Assembly (NCBI GenBank): GCA_944380395.1
Contig: CALWHM010000004.1
Span: forward strand, 8,379-72,378
DNA length: 64,000 nt
Reading direction: 5' to 3'
Source of the DNA: an uncultured Clostridia bacterium
GTDB lineage: Bacteria; Bacillota; Clostridia; Christensenellales; UBA3700
Part shown: piece by piece, positions 22,625 to 31,992 of the stretch
Layout of the letters: each line of letters opens with the position of its first letter
Numbering within the stretch: position 1 is the stretch's first letter
Program-made: the position numbers and the translations under genes
The notes under the pieces: model-generated
What the model saw: only the letters and a program-made list of their open reading frames with translations
The model's database searches: none
Told to the model about the DNA's origin: nothing

Positions 22625-24732
22625 TTATCCTCTCCGTCCGCGCCTTCTTCCGGCAAAGGTACGGATTCGGTATAGCCGCATTGTCTGTTCAGGCAGACGT
22701 ACCTGTGTTTCTCACCCTTTCCTACTTGCTTCATAAATCCGCCGCACCTGGGACATCTCACAGGAGCGGGCAGATCCCACGCGATAAAGTCGCATTCGGG
22801 ATATCCCGAACAGGAATAGAACACTTTGCCCTTTTTGGACACCTTGCGCGACACGCCTTTGCCGCACACGGGGCAAGTGGTCACATATCCCTCGTACGGT
22901 TTTGTAAACTTGCAGTGCGGATAGTTTGGACAAGCCAAAAACTTTCCGAACCTTCCCTCTCGCACCACAAGTTTGGAGCCGCACTTGGGGCATACTTCGT
23001 CCGTTTCTTCAGGCTTGGGCTTATTTATCTTTTCTCCGTCAAAGCGCGCCATTGCACAGCGCTTTTTGAAGTCGGGATAAAAGTCGGATATTATCTTTTC
23101 CCACTGCACTCCGCCGCCCTCTATCCTGTCCAAATTTAACTCCATATCGGAAGTGAATTTCACGTCCATTATATTGGGAAAGTATTTGACCAGCATATCG
23201 CATACGGTTTCGCCAAGTTCCGTGGGCTTGATATATTTGCCGTCCTTTTCGATATAATTGCGCTTGGATATGACGGATATGGTAGCGGCATAAGTGCTGG
23301 GTCTTCCTATACCGTTGTCTTCCATACCCTTGACAAGCGTAGCGTCCGTAAACCTTGCCGGAGGCGTGGTGAACTTTTGCTCCGCCTTCATCTCTTTCAA
23401 GGTGAAGTCCTCTCCCTCTTTAATGTTGGGCAAAGTCTTGGCGTCCTTATCGTTGCTCTCTCCCGCAGGCGTATACGCAGCCTGCCAGCCCTTGAACCTC
23501 AAAGTCTTGCCTTTGAGCACATATCCGTATTTTCTGTCCGATTCGGATATGATATGCACGGTAAGCGTATCGTAAAGGGCGGGTGCCATTTGACTTGCGA
23601 CAAATCTGTCGTATATCAGCTTATACAGCCTGTAAGTGTTTTTTTGCAGCTTGTCTTTCAAAGACTCGGGCGTCATAGAAAGCGAAATCGGTCTTATCGC
23701 TTCGTGCGCGTCCTGAGCGCTGCTCTTAGCCTTGTAAACGTTCGGCTTCACCGGCGCAAAGTCGTCGCCGTAAGTGCTGCGTATATAAGAAAGAGCTTCG
23801 TTCTGCGCTTCCGTTGAAACGCGAGTGCTGTCCGTTCTGATATAAGTCACAAGCGCGGTGTGCCCCATACCGGGAATATCTATACCTTCGTACAGCTGCT
23901 GCGCTATCTGCATGACCTGAACAGGCGTTATGTTCAATTTGGAAGCCGCGTCCTGCTGCATTGTTGACGTGGTGAACGGAGGATGGGGACGGGAAACGGA
24001 CGTATCGCGCTTTACGCTGTCCGCGCGCCACTTGCCCGCCTTACTGCCGTTAACTATACTGTCGGCAAGTTCTTTATTGCCTACCTTGGTTTTTTGCCCG
24101 TCTATGTCATTAAAATCGCATTTGAGCATGGCTGGCACATCGTACTTGAACAATATCGCAGAGATATTCCAATACTCTTCGGGCACAAAGTCGCGTATCT
24201 CTCTTTCGCGGTCCACCACCATTTTCAAGGCTACGGACTGAACTCTGCCCGCCGACAATCCGCTTTTTATCTTTCTGGACAAGATGGGAGAAACTTCATA
24301 ACCCACCAACCTGTCAAGCACTCTGCGTGCTTGCTGTGCGTTCACCAGATTCAAATTTATCTTTCTGGGATGCTGCAAAGCCGCGAGCACGGCCTTTTTT
24401 GATATTTCGTTGAACTCTATACGAATATCGCCGTCCGCAAGATCGAATACCTGCGAAATATGCCAGGAAATAGCCTCTCCCTCTCGGTCGGGGTCGGAAG
24501 CCAAATATACTTTTTGCGCCTTTCCCATCGCCTTACGCAGGCTGTCTATAATATTCTTTTTGGACTCGGTGATAACGTATTCCGGTTTGAAGTCGTGCTC
24601 AATATCTATGCCCATGCGATGTTCGGGCAGATCTCTTATATGCCCTCCCGACGCCATGACCATATACTGTTTGCCAAGATATTTGGAAATGGTCTTTGCC
24701 TTATGCGGCGATTCCACTATTATCAGATCCAT
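22621..24732 (-). CDS. topA: DNA topoisomerase I
   Basis: 703 aa. Has a TOPRIM N-terminus (IVESPHKAKTI), the active-site Tyr region (YIRTDS) and three C-terminal CxxC zinc ribbons. Confidence 0.95.
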   Translation of the reverse strand: MDLIIVESPHKAKTISKYLGKQYMVMASGGHIRDLPEHRMGIDIEHDFKPEYVITESKKNIIDSLRKAMGKAQKVYLASDPDREGEAISWHISQVFDLADGDIRIEFNEISKKAVLAALQHPRKINLNLVNAQQARRVLDRLVGYEVSPILSRKIKSGLSAGRVQSVALKMVVDREREIRDFVPEEYWNISAILFKYDVPAMLKCDFNDIDGQKTKVGNKELADSIVNGSKAGKWRADSVKRDTSVSRPHPPFTTSTMQQDAASKLNITPVQVMQIAQQLYEGIDIPGMGHTALVTYIRTDSTRVSTEAQNEALSYIRSTYGDDFAPVKPNVYKAKSSAQDAHEAIRPISLSMTPESLKDKLQKNTYRLYKLIYDRFVASQMAPALYDTLTVHIISESDRKYGYVLKGKTLRFKGWQAAYTPAGESNDKDAKTLPNIKEGEDFTLKEMKAEQKFTTPPARFTDATLVKGMEDNGIGRPSTYAATISVISKRNYIEKDGKYIKPTELGETVCDMLVKYFPNIMDVKFTSDMELNLDRIEGGGVQWEKIISDFYPDFKKRCAMARFDGEKINKPKPEETDEVCPKCGSKLVVREGRFGKFLACPNYPHCKFTKPYEGYVTTCPVCGKGVSRKVSKKGKVFYSCSGYPECDFIAWDLPAPVRCPRCGGFMKQVGKGEKHRYVCLNRQCGYTESVPLPEEGADGEDK

Positions 24733-24746
24733 TCTTCATCACTCCC

Positions 24747-25760
24747 TCAATGTCGTCTATTCCTCAGCGCGTAATAGTTGCCTGGCAATCTGCTTACAAC
24801 GCCGTCCAATTCCAGCTTCATCAATATTTTTGCTATCTCGGATACGTCCATACCCGTCTTTTTAGCTATAAGCGAATAATGCGCTTTTTCTTCATGTTCT
24901 ATAACTTCAACGACTCGGCTTTGTTCATTGCTAAGCTGCACGTTGTTTTCTCCGTCGTCTTCCCAGCCCGCGTCCTCCAATATATCTCCGATACGCGTGA
25001 CCACTCTTCCGCATTCTTTGAGCAACTCGTTGCTGCCTTCGCTCATACGTGAAAAGATGCTGCCGGGCGTCACCCAAAGTTCTCTGCCTATTTCCACTGC
25101 ACAATCCGCGGTGATGAGCGCGCCGCTCTTTTTAGCCGCTTCCGTGATAAGCACTCCCTTGCTTATCGCCGCCATAATGCGGTTGCGTTCGGGAAAGCGG
25201 AACGCAAGCGGCGGCGTGCCCGGCGGATATTCCGTCACGATAAGCCCTTGCCTTGCTATCTTATCCGCAAGTTCTGTGTTCTCCGCGGGATAGACGGTAT
25301 CCAACCCGCAGGCGGCAACGGATATCGTTTTCCCGTTGCACTCAAGCGCCGCCTTATGCGCCGCGGTATCCACTCCCGTCGCAAGTCCGCTTACTATGGT
25401 CACGCCTCTTTTTGCCAGACCTTTGGCAAAATACTGCGCCGCTTCTATGCCGTATCTCGTAGCCCTGCGCGGACCGACTATGGTCACGCACGGCGTTTTC
25501 AGCAGACTTAAATCGCCTTTGTAGTAAAGCGCGGGCGGCAGATCATACAGCTCGTTCAAACATTCGGGATACTCCTTGTCTGCGGCGGTGACGACCGATA
25601 TTCCCTCCTTTTCCATTCGGGATATCAGCTCGTCCGCCCCGCTCAAATCGGAGAAGTAAGCCGACGCGTCACAAGTCATCTCGCAGCGTTTTTTCAAACT
25701 CTGTTCCGTGCTTGCAAGCAATAAAGCTTTTTGAGCGTCCGTATACTCTTTCACTCCCAA
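24747..25760 (-). CDS. dprA: DNA processing protein DprA (Smf)
   Basis: 337 aa. Has the Rossmann-like DprA core (IVGPRRATRYG, GLATGVDTAAH) and a C-terminal winged-helix tail. The start is uncertain; the TTG at 25760 overlaps the comM end. Confidence 0.85.
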   Translation of the reverse strand: MGVKEYTDAQKALLLASTEQSLKKRCEMTCDASAYFSDLSGADELISRMEKEGISVVTAADKEYPECLNELYDLPPALYYKGDLSLLKTPCVTIVGPRRATRYGIEAAQYFAKGLAKRGVTIVSGLATGVDTAAHKAALECNGKTISVAACGLDTVYPAENTELADKIARQGLIVTEYPPGTPPLAFRFPERNRIMAAISKGVLITEAAKKSGALITADCAVEIGRELWVTPGSIFSRMSEGSNELLKECGRVVTRIGDILEDAGWEDDGENNVQLSNEQSRVVEVIEHEEKAHYSLIAKKTGMDVSEIAKILMKLELDGVVSRLPGNYYALRNRRH

Positions 25761-27283
25761 TACTTCCTGTCCAAAGAGCGGTACTGTACAGCCTCCGCCA
25801 CATACTCCGGTTTTATATCCGCGTCGCCAGCCAAGTCCGCTATCGTGCGTGCGACTTTTAATATCCTTGTACTCGCGCGCGCCGTAAGATTGAGCCTTTC
25901 GTATGCTTCGCGCAATATATCGTCACCCTCACGCGAAAGTTTGCAATACTTTCGCATATCGGCGCTGTCCATACCCGAATTGGTAAAATACTTTTTACCC
26001 GCATAGCGTTCGCGCTGAACGGCACGCGCCTTTTCCACTCTGGCTTTTATCTCCGCACTGCTTTCCGCGGGGGTCTCGCCCTGCAATTCGTCGTAACTCA
26101 CGCCGTCCACCTCCACATGCAGATCTATCCTGTCCAGCAAGGGACCGGAGAGTTTGTTCACATATCTTCTTATCTCCGATGGGGTGCATCTGCACTCGCG
26201 GTCGGGACTGCCGAAGTTGCCGCACGGACAGGGATTCATTCCCGCCACCAGCATAAAGCGCGCGGGATATTCGGTGGTCACTCGTGCACGGGCGACTGTC
26301 ACCACTCCGTCTTCCAACGGCTGACGCAACGATTCCAGCGTGCGGCGCTGATACTCGGGCATCTCGTCCAAAAACAGAACGCCGTTATGCGCGAGAGAAA
26401 CTTCTCCCGGACGTGCGAACGTGCCTCCGCCCGTCAGAGCGGGAATGGTTGCCGTATGGTGCGGCGCCCTAAAGGGACGCGCGGTGACTATACCCTTGTT
26501 TTGATCGAGTATTCCCGCTACGGAATGGATTTTCGTCACCTCTATCGCCTCTTCAAAGGTCATATCAGGCATTATCGTCGGCACGCACTTTGCCATAAGA
26601 GTCTTGCCCGCTCCGGGAGGACCTATCATAAGTATGTTGTGCCCGCCCGCGACCGCTATCTCTATGGCGCGCCTTGCAAAGAACTGCCCTTTCACGTCGG
26701 CAAAGTCCACGCCGTACTTATTCACGTCCGATTCGGGACGGAAACTTTTTGTGGCGATGGGAGTAAAAGCCGCTCTGTCGCACAAAAATCTGCACGCTTC
26801 TTTCAGAGAAGCGACGGTATACACTTCCGCGCCTTCCACATAGGACGCCTCTTTTTCGTTCCCTTCGGGGATAAGAAAGCGCCTTCTGCCCTCCTGCAAT
26901 GCGGAGATGAGTATCGGCATTATCCCGTTTACGGGGCGAACGGAACCGTCAAGGGAAAGCTCTCCCAAAACGGATAGATCGGAATATCTCGCCCCGCCGA
27001 GTTGGTCGCTTGCTATCAAAATGCCGAGCGCTATGGGCAAATCGAACAATGCGCCCTCTTTTTTACTGTCCGCAGGTGCAAGATTTACGGTTATACGCTT
27101 GGCAGGATACTTAAAGCCGCTGTTTTTTATGGCGGCGCGGACGCGCTCGCGCGACTCCTTTACGGCGGCATCGGGAAGTCCCACCGTTTCGTATCCGGGC
27201 AGCCCCGTGTTGATATCTATTTCAATATCAACTCCCAGCCCCGCAAGCCCTTCCAGCGTATAACTTTTGATCTTGGACAGCAT
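25751..27283 (-). CDS. comM: ComM/YifB Mg-chelatase-like AAA+ protein
   Basis: 510 aa. Has a Lon-like N-domain, Walker A GPPGAGKT, and the zinc-finger-like CPCG..C..C insert. Confidence 0.9.
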   Translation of the reverse strand: MLSKIKSYTLEGLAGLGVDIEIDINTGLPGYETVGLPDAAVKESRERVRAAIKNSGFKYPAKRITVNLAPADSKKEGALFDLPIALGILIASDQLGGARYSDLSVLGELSLDGSVRPVNGIMPILISALQEGRRRFLIPEGNEKEASYVEGAEVYTVASLKEACRFLCDRAAFTPIATKSFRPESDVNKYGVDFADVKGQFFARRAIEIAVAGGHNILMIGPPGAGKTLMAKCVPTIMPDMTFEEAIEVTKIHSVAGILDQNKGIVTARPFRAPHHTATIPALTGGGTFARPGEVSLAHNGVLFLDEMPEYQRRTLESLRQPLEDGVVTVARARVTTEYPARFMLVAGMNPCPCGNFGSPDRECRCTPSEIRRYVNKLSGPLLDRIDLHVEVDGVSYDELQGETPAESSAEIKARVEKARAVQRERYAGKKYFTNSGMDSADMRKYCKLSREGDDILREAYERLNLTARASTRILKVARTIADLAGDADIKPEYVAEAVQYRSLDRKYWE

Positions 27284-29517
27284 CAGTTGTTGTTTTCCTT
27301 TCTCTTTTTAACGGCGTCTTTGAGCCATTCCAGTCTAAAGTCCGACTTTATCATACCCGTGAATTTTCCTGCATAAGGTTTAAGCGTCCTTTCACGGTTG
27401 TAATAGCATATATCCAACGCGACATATATGAGCGCGAACGTCAGCAAGAGCGTGAACACGCTGAACACTATCACGAATGCGGATTTGGAGGGGAACATAA
27501 GGTATTCCATTTCTCCGGAGGAATCGATAAAACCTCCCCTTCCGATAAGCTGAGCCACATTTACAAAGTGCGTAATGGCAAGCCCCGCGAACAAGGTGAT
27601 GAGCCTGACGTCAGGCACGAGCACGATGTAGGCAAGCAAGAGCAGCAGTCCCAGCGTCATTATTTCCACGGTCACACCCGTTCCGAGTGCCGCGAACAAA
27701 ATGACGGATACGCCGCTGACAAGAATAAGGTCGGCGGTGGATTTGCCGTTGAGGAAATAATTGAGCGCGGCAAGGGCGGCAAGCAGGAAGCCGAACAACC
27801 ACGTGCAGACTTCCAAAGCGGTATTGACCATGCCGCTGTTTGCAAGACCGAACATTGCATACATATTGAACGTATCCGTGGACATAAATGCGCCGCCCGT
27901 CTTAAAGCCGGCGTACATTTGATCGAACACGGCAAAATAGCTTCCCTGCGAATAGTACGGCATCATCATAGGCAGCGCCAGCAGGTAGAACACCACAAGG
28001 CAGCCGAACGCCTGAGCCACGGTTACGCCTGTGATTTTCCCTCTGTCGGATTTTTCCGCCTTGACTACGGTTCCTATCTGATATATCAGAATCATCGGAA
28101 GTAGCAGGATCACCCAATTGCTGAACGAAAGCGCGAGCATATAGAGAATACCCGCAAAGATGTTCTTTCCTATCGCAAAAGAAGAACCCTCCTTGCCGTC
28201 AAGCAGCATTATATGCATCATTCCCATCACAAAAGGCATTGCCAAACTCAAATAAGAGCCGTAAAGTGCGCTTTGCGTGAAGAACACGGGAAGCAGTCCG
28301 TAAAGTCCCGCGTAGCAAGCGGCTTGTCTTACGGAAGTATAGCGCGCCGCAAACGAATATATGAGATAGCAGGTGATTATATCCGCAAGTATAGTGGGTA
28401 TGCGGAGCGTTATTGCCATAGCCATGCTTCCGCCCTCAACGCCGAGCATCGCGGCTATACGTGCAAACACCCAAATGATATACGCGGAAAGAGAAGGCAC
28501 GCCGGGGATCACTCCGTAAACCTGCCCCCAGCCGTCCGCATTCACCGTGCTGTAAAGGTCGTAATAAGAATCGGAAATCTTGCCGAAGCCGAAAGTGGTA
28601 ACGGCAACGATGAACCTGATGATGAAAGCTCCCAGCATTGCGTACGTGAACAGCGCAAGCGGAGAAGAAAGAACTTTACCCGCCTTTGCGGCTCCGGACA
28701 GCGCGGCGGCTTCCCCGTTCCCGTCGGGAGATTGCAGACGCTCTTGAGCGTCCTTACCCATAGCGTATCTGACGAATTTTACGAGCAGATATGCTATCGC
28801 CGCGGTGAATACCGCAAGTAGGACCACATAGACATACGAACCTGCCCCCGCCATGCTGTATGTGCCGTCCTCTTTGAGCATGCCCACATAGTGCGGGTCC
28901 GTGGCGACGGAAGCGTCCGTCTCCGTCACGGATATATCGTCGAAATATACAAGACCGCTGGGCGACGCTTCACTGTTGCCTATACCCACGAACAAGGTGA
29001 AGTCGGCGCTGGCTTTAGCTTGGAAGTAGATGTAGCACTCCACCCACTTTCTGCCCGATGTGGAGCCGTATTCCGTGATGTTTGAAGAAGTAATGTTCAT
29101 TCCTTCAAAATCGCTGTCGCCCGTAAATCCGAGCACTATGCCCACTTTACGCTCCGTATCTTCCCCTTCGTCCAAAACGGCTTCCGTAAGGTCTTGTATT
29201 CTTATCCTTGCGGAAAGCTTGTAATACTTGTTGTTTTGCAGGGAAACTTCCTGCGTCATATAAGTCCAAGCGGAAGAAGCGTTGACCGACACTGAATACT
29301 CCGTGCCGTTATGCGTGGTGGCGTCATCGCTGCCGCTGGGCTGAACGGTCACGTTTCCGTCGGATGTTTCGTTGAGCGTCCACCCCTCAATGGTGCCGTT
29401 TTCAAAATCGCCGTTGGTGACTATGGCTCCGCCGTTATTCGCGCATGCCGAAAGCGCTACGGCGCATATTACCGCCAGACAAACGACTGCTATCAAAAGA
29501 CTTTTGCGAGTTCTCAT
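27283..29517 (-). CDS. lipoprotein-signal + CBM4_9-like beta-sandwich + polytopic (GT-C-like?) membrane protein
   Basis: 744 aa. The lipobox is VALSAC, followed by NGDFENGTIEGW, the hallmark start of CBM4/9-type modules. One TM helix and a short polar linker follow, then at least 10 hydrophobic helices. The first predicted outer loop is acidic (GKISDSYYDLYSTVNADGWG). The stop overlaps the comM ATG (TGATG). The CDS itself is secure; the functional call is inference. Confidence 0.55.
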   Translation of the reverse strand: MRTRKSLLIAVVCLAVICAVALSACANNGGAIVTNGDFENGTIEGWTLNETSDGNVTVQPSGSDDATTHNGTEYSVSVNASSAWTYMTQEVSLQNNKYYKLSARIRIQDLTEAVLDEGEDTERKVGIVLGFTGDSDFEGMNITSSNITEYGSTSGRKWVECYIYFQAKASADFTLFVGIGNSEASPSGLVYFDDISVTETDASVATDPHYVGMLKEDGTYSMAGAGSYVYVVLLAVFTAAIAYLLVKFVRYAMGKDAQERLQSPDGNGEAAALSGAAKAGKVLSSPLALFTYAMLGAFIIRFIVAVTTFGFGKISDSYYDLYSTVNADGWGQVYGVIPGVPSLSAYIIWVFARIAAMLGVEGGSMAMAITLRIPTILADIITCYLIYSFAARYTSVRQAACYAGLYGLLPVFFTQSALYGSYLSLAMPFVMGMMHIMLLDGKEGSSFAIGKNIFAGILYMLALSFSNWVILLLPMILIYQIGTVVKAEKSDRGKITGVTVAQAFGCLVVFYLLALPMMMPYYSQGSYFAVFDQMYAGFKTGGAFMSTDTFNMYAMFGLANSGMVNTALEVCTWLFGFLLAALAALNYFLNGKSTADLILVSGVSVILFAALGTGVTVEIMTLGLLLLLAYIVLVPDVRLITLFAGLAITHFVNVAQLIGRGGFIDSSGEMEYLMFPSKSAFVIVFSVFTLLLTFALIYVALDICYYNRERTLKPYAGKFTGMIKSDFRLEWLKDAVKKRKENNN

Positions 29518-29546
29518 TCCGAAATACTCCTGTATATACTAGATAT

Positions 29547-29575
29547 ATAATAATAAATATATAAAGCGTTTGCAA
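29547..29575 (-). promoter_or_regulatory. candidate promoter of the membrane protein-comM-...-glyA operon
   Basis: The minus strand reads TTGCAA-17 nt-TATTAT. An AGGAG SD lies 9 nt before ATG 29517. Confidence 0.4.
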
Positions 29576-29646
29576 GCGTTTTTTCGCATTTCCCCGTTTT
29601 AACCGAAAATTTTTACTTCAAAAAAGAATATCCGGCGGAAAAATCG

Positions 29647-29680
29647 ATAAAAAATACCCCCGCGCTTTTGCACGGGGGCG
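29647..29680 (-). terminator. rho-independent terminator after rplS
   Basis: The minus strand reads CGCCCCCGTGC-aaaa-GCGCGGGGGT, a 10-bp stem, followed by ATTTTTTAT. Confidence 0.85.
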
Positions 29681-29698
29681 AATGAAGCCTTAGATATA

Positions 29699-30046
29699 TT
29701 ACTTGATGACTTCCGCAAGCTTGGCAGCCTTACCGCTTCTTTGTCTGAGATAGTAAAGCTTCGCCCTTCTGACCTTACCGTGACGGATAATGTCGATATG
29801 GTCGATTTTGGGAGAATGCATGGGGAAAGTTCTTTCCACGCCCACGCCGTTGGATATCTTGCGCACAGTCATGGTTTCGCTTATGCTGCCGCCCCTGAAC
29901 GCGATGATGATACCTTCAAAAGCCTGAAGCCTTTCTTTGTTGCCTTCAACGACCTTGACGAACACTTTTACCGTGTCGCCGATGGCAAGTTTGGGCAAAT
30001 CTGTACGCATACCCTCTTTTTCGATAACGTCTATCAAATTACTCAT
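29699..30046 (-). CDS. rplS: 50S ribosomal protein L19
   Basis: 115 aa with the typical L19 sequence ([27 protein letters not shown]). Confidence 0.95.
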   Translation of the reverse strand: MSNLIDVIEKEGMRTDLPKLAIGDTVKVFVKVVEGNKERLQAFEGIIIAFRGGSISETMTVRKISNGVGVERTFPMHSPKIDHIDIIRHGKVRRAKLYYLRQRSGKAAKLAEVIK

Positions 30047-30131
30047 TGACTTATACCTCCGAATTTACGCGATGTTCACGATCGTCTTGGGATTTTTCTA
30101 CGTCGGCGGAACACCCGAAGTCTTATTTTGC
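30047..30131 (-). promoter_or_regulatory. about 85-nt 5' UTR of rplS; possible L19 autoregulatory leader
   Basis: This is the interval between the predicted TSS (downstream of the -10 at 30138-30143) and ATG 30046. It ends in a GGAGG SD. I could not verify the leader structure by eye. Confidence 0.3.
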
Positions 30132-30137
30132 CTGCAT

Positions 30138-30166
30138 ATTCTATCATAAAAAAATAATATATGCAA
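30138..30166 (-). promoter_or_regulatory. sigma-A type promoter of rplS
   Basis: The minus strand reads TTGCAT-17 nt-TGaTAGAAT. Confidence 0.65.
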
Positions 30167-30193
30167 CTGTTTTTCACACATTTTTCGCAAATA

Positions 30194-30547
30194 TCATACG
30201 TCGTTCAGGTCAAATGCCCCTTCCAGATACTCCACTTCGCCGCGCGTGACCACCGCTATATCAAAGCGAACGTCCGCGTCGGTAAGCCTGTGCATATACA
30301 GATAGCACCTTGCCGTATGAATGAGCCGTCTGCGCTTGGTCAAAGTGACCGCTTCCGCCCCCACGCCGTACTTATCGCTGTTTCTGCTCTTCACTTCCGT
30401 AAAAACGATATAAGCTCCGTCGCGGGCGATAATATCCGCCTCTCCGCCGTGGCAGATAAAGTTGCGCTCCAAAATGCGCATACCCCTGCGCTTCATATAT
30501 TCGCAGACCGTCTGCTCCCCGGTTACTCCTTCCGCACGCGTGTTCAT
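30194..30547 (-). CDS. yraN: YraN family (UPF0102) endonuclease-like protein
   Basis: 117 aa. Has GEADIIA...VFTEVKSR, a PD-(D/E)xK-like core. It lies downstream of rnhB, as in many Firmicutes. Confidence 0.8.
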   Translation of the reverse strand: MNTRAEGVTGEQTVCEYMKRRGMRILERNFICHGGEADIIARDGAYIVFTEVKSRNSDKYGVGAEAVTLTKRRRLIHTARCYLYMHRLTDADVRFDIAVVTRGEVEYLEGAFDLNDV

Positions 30548-31146
30548 ATGAAATTTTTGACGAACGTGCGCCTGTGTATGGGCGTGATACCGTATTCTTT
30601 TATTGCCGCGATATGCACGGCTGTGCCGTACCCCTTATTTTTCTCAAAAGCGTACTGCGGATATTCAAGTGCGTAATCGTCCATAATTTTATCCCTTGTC
30701 ACCTTGGCAACTATCGAAGCGCAAGAGATGGAATAGCTGAGCAAATCCCCTTTTATTATGGCTTTGACCGGGCACACCGTCTGCACGTTTACCGCGTCTA
30801 TAAGCGCCACATCCGGCTTTACGGACAACCCCTGCAGGGCGCGTCTCATTGCCTCTTTTGTGGCTTGAAGTATGTTCACTTCATCTATGTATTTTGGTGG
30901 GAGTGACACCACGTTGCACGCAATTGCCCTTTCAAGTATTTCCGCGCACAATTTTTCGCGTTTTTTTGCGGAAAGCTTCTTGCTGTCCGTAACTCCGTCT
31001 ATGATTTTGTCCTGTTCAAGCGGCATTATCACGGCGCAAACGGTGACGGGACCCGCCAGCGGGCCTCTGCCCACTTCATCGACTCCCGCAATATTTGCGT
31101 ACCCTTCCTCTATGCATCGCTTTTCGTATTCCAAGTTATCCGACAT
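30544..31146 (-). CDS. rnhB: ribonuclease HII
   Basis: 200 aa. Has the GVDEVGRGPLAGPV catalytic DE motif and DSKKL. Confidence 0.92.
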   Translation of the reverse strand: MSDNLEYEKRCIEEGYANIAGVDEVGRGPLAGPVTVCAVIMPLEQDKIIDGVTDSKKLSAKKREKLCAEILERAIACNVVSLPPKYIDEVNILQATKEAMRRALQGLSVKPDVALIDAVNVQTVCPVKAIIKGDLLSYSISCASIVAKVTRDKIMDDYALEYPQYAFEKNKGYGTAVHIAAIKEYGITPIHRRTFVKNFI

Positions 31147-31992
31147 CTATTCGTCCGCCTTATCCAGCATTACTTTTCCCAATCTCAATTTGCGCAAATC
31201 GTCGAGTATCGCCCGTGCGGTGCGCTCATAATCGAAATTGTCCTTATTGAGAAGAAAGCCTCGCTTCTTTGCTATTTTGTCCATAATTTCAAGCGGTTCG
31301 CCGCTTGTATCTTCAAGTGAATAGCGCTCAAAAAACGGTTTATATTCCCTCTCTTTGAAAAATTTCACCGCTTCAAGTCCCAGTTCCGCTACGTCCAAAA
31401 TTTCTTCCTTCACGCTGCCTATCATCGCAAGTCTGACCGCCCTGACTTCATCATCGAATGCGGGCGGCAGAGTTCCCGGAGTGTCCAAAAGTTCCACATT
31501 GGCAGCCAGCCTTACCCACTGTTTGCCCCTTGTTACTCCCGGTCGATTGCCTGTAACGGCTCTTTTACTGCCGCAAAGGCAGTTTATCAGCGTAGATTTC
31601 CCCGTATTCGGCACGCCCGCCACCAAAGCGCGAACCGTTTTATTCACACCCTTAGCCGCATACTTTTCTATCACTGCCTTATTGAGCTGCAAAAGTTTTG
31701 AAACCACTTCCGCCCTAAACTTGGAAGAAGTGCTGTTCACCGAAACGCACAACTCTTCTCTGTCGCGGTAATATTTTTCCCATTCCGCCACATCCGACCT
31801 TTCCACCATATCGCACTTATTGAAGATATAGAGAGTGGGCATAGAGCCTATCATCTTATCAAAAGCGGGATTGCGTGAAGAGCGGATAGCTCTGGCGTCC
31901 AGCACATATATGACGCAGTCCACGGCTTTAAGGCTGTCCTGCATCATACGCATGGCTTTCGTCATATGTCCCGGATACCACTGAATGTACAT
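31147..31992 (-). CDS. rbgA: ribosome biogenesis GTPase A (YlqF/RbgA)
   Basis: A circularly permuted GTPase, with NKCDM (G4) before GVPNTGKST (G1). I prefer ATG 31992 (MYIQWYPGHM) because a GGAG lies 8 nt upstream and it forms a TAATG overlap with the trmD stop. Confidence 0.9.
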   Translation of the reverse strand: MYIQWYPGHMTKAMRMMQDSLKAVDCVIYVLDARAIRSSRNPAFDKMIGSMPTLYIFNKCDMVERSDVAEWEKYYRDREELCVSVNSTSSKFRAEVVSKLLQLNKAVIEKYAAKGVNKTVRALVAGVPNTGKSTLINCLCGSKRAVTGNRPGVTRGKQWVRLAANVELLDTPGTLPPAFDDEVRAVRLAMIGSVKEEILDVAELGLEAVKFFKEREYKPFFERYSLEDTSGEPLEIMDKIAKKRGFLLNKDNFDYERTARAILDDLRKLRLGKVMLDKADE

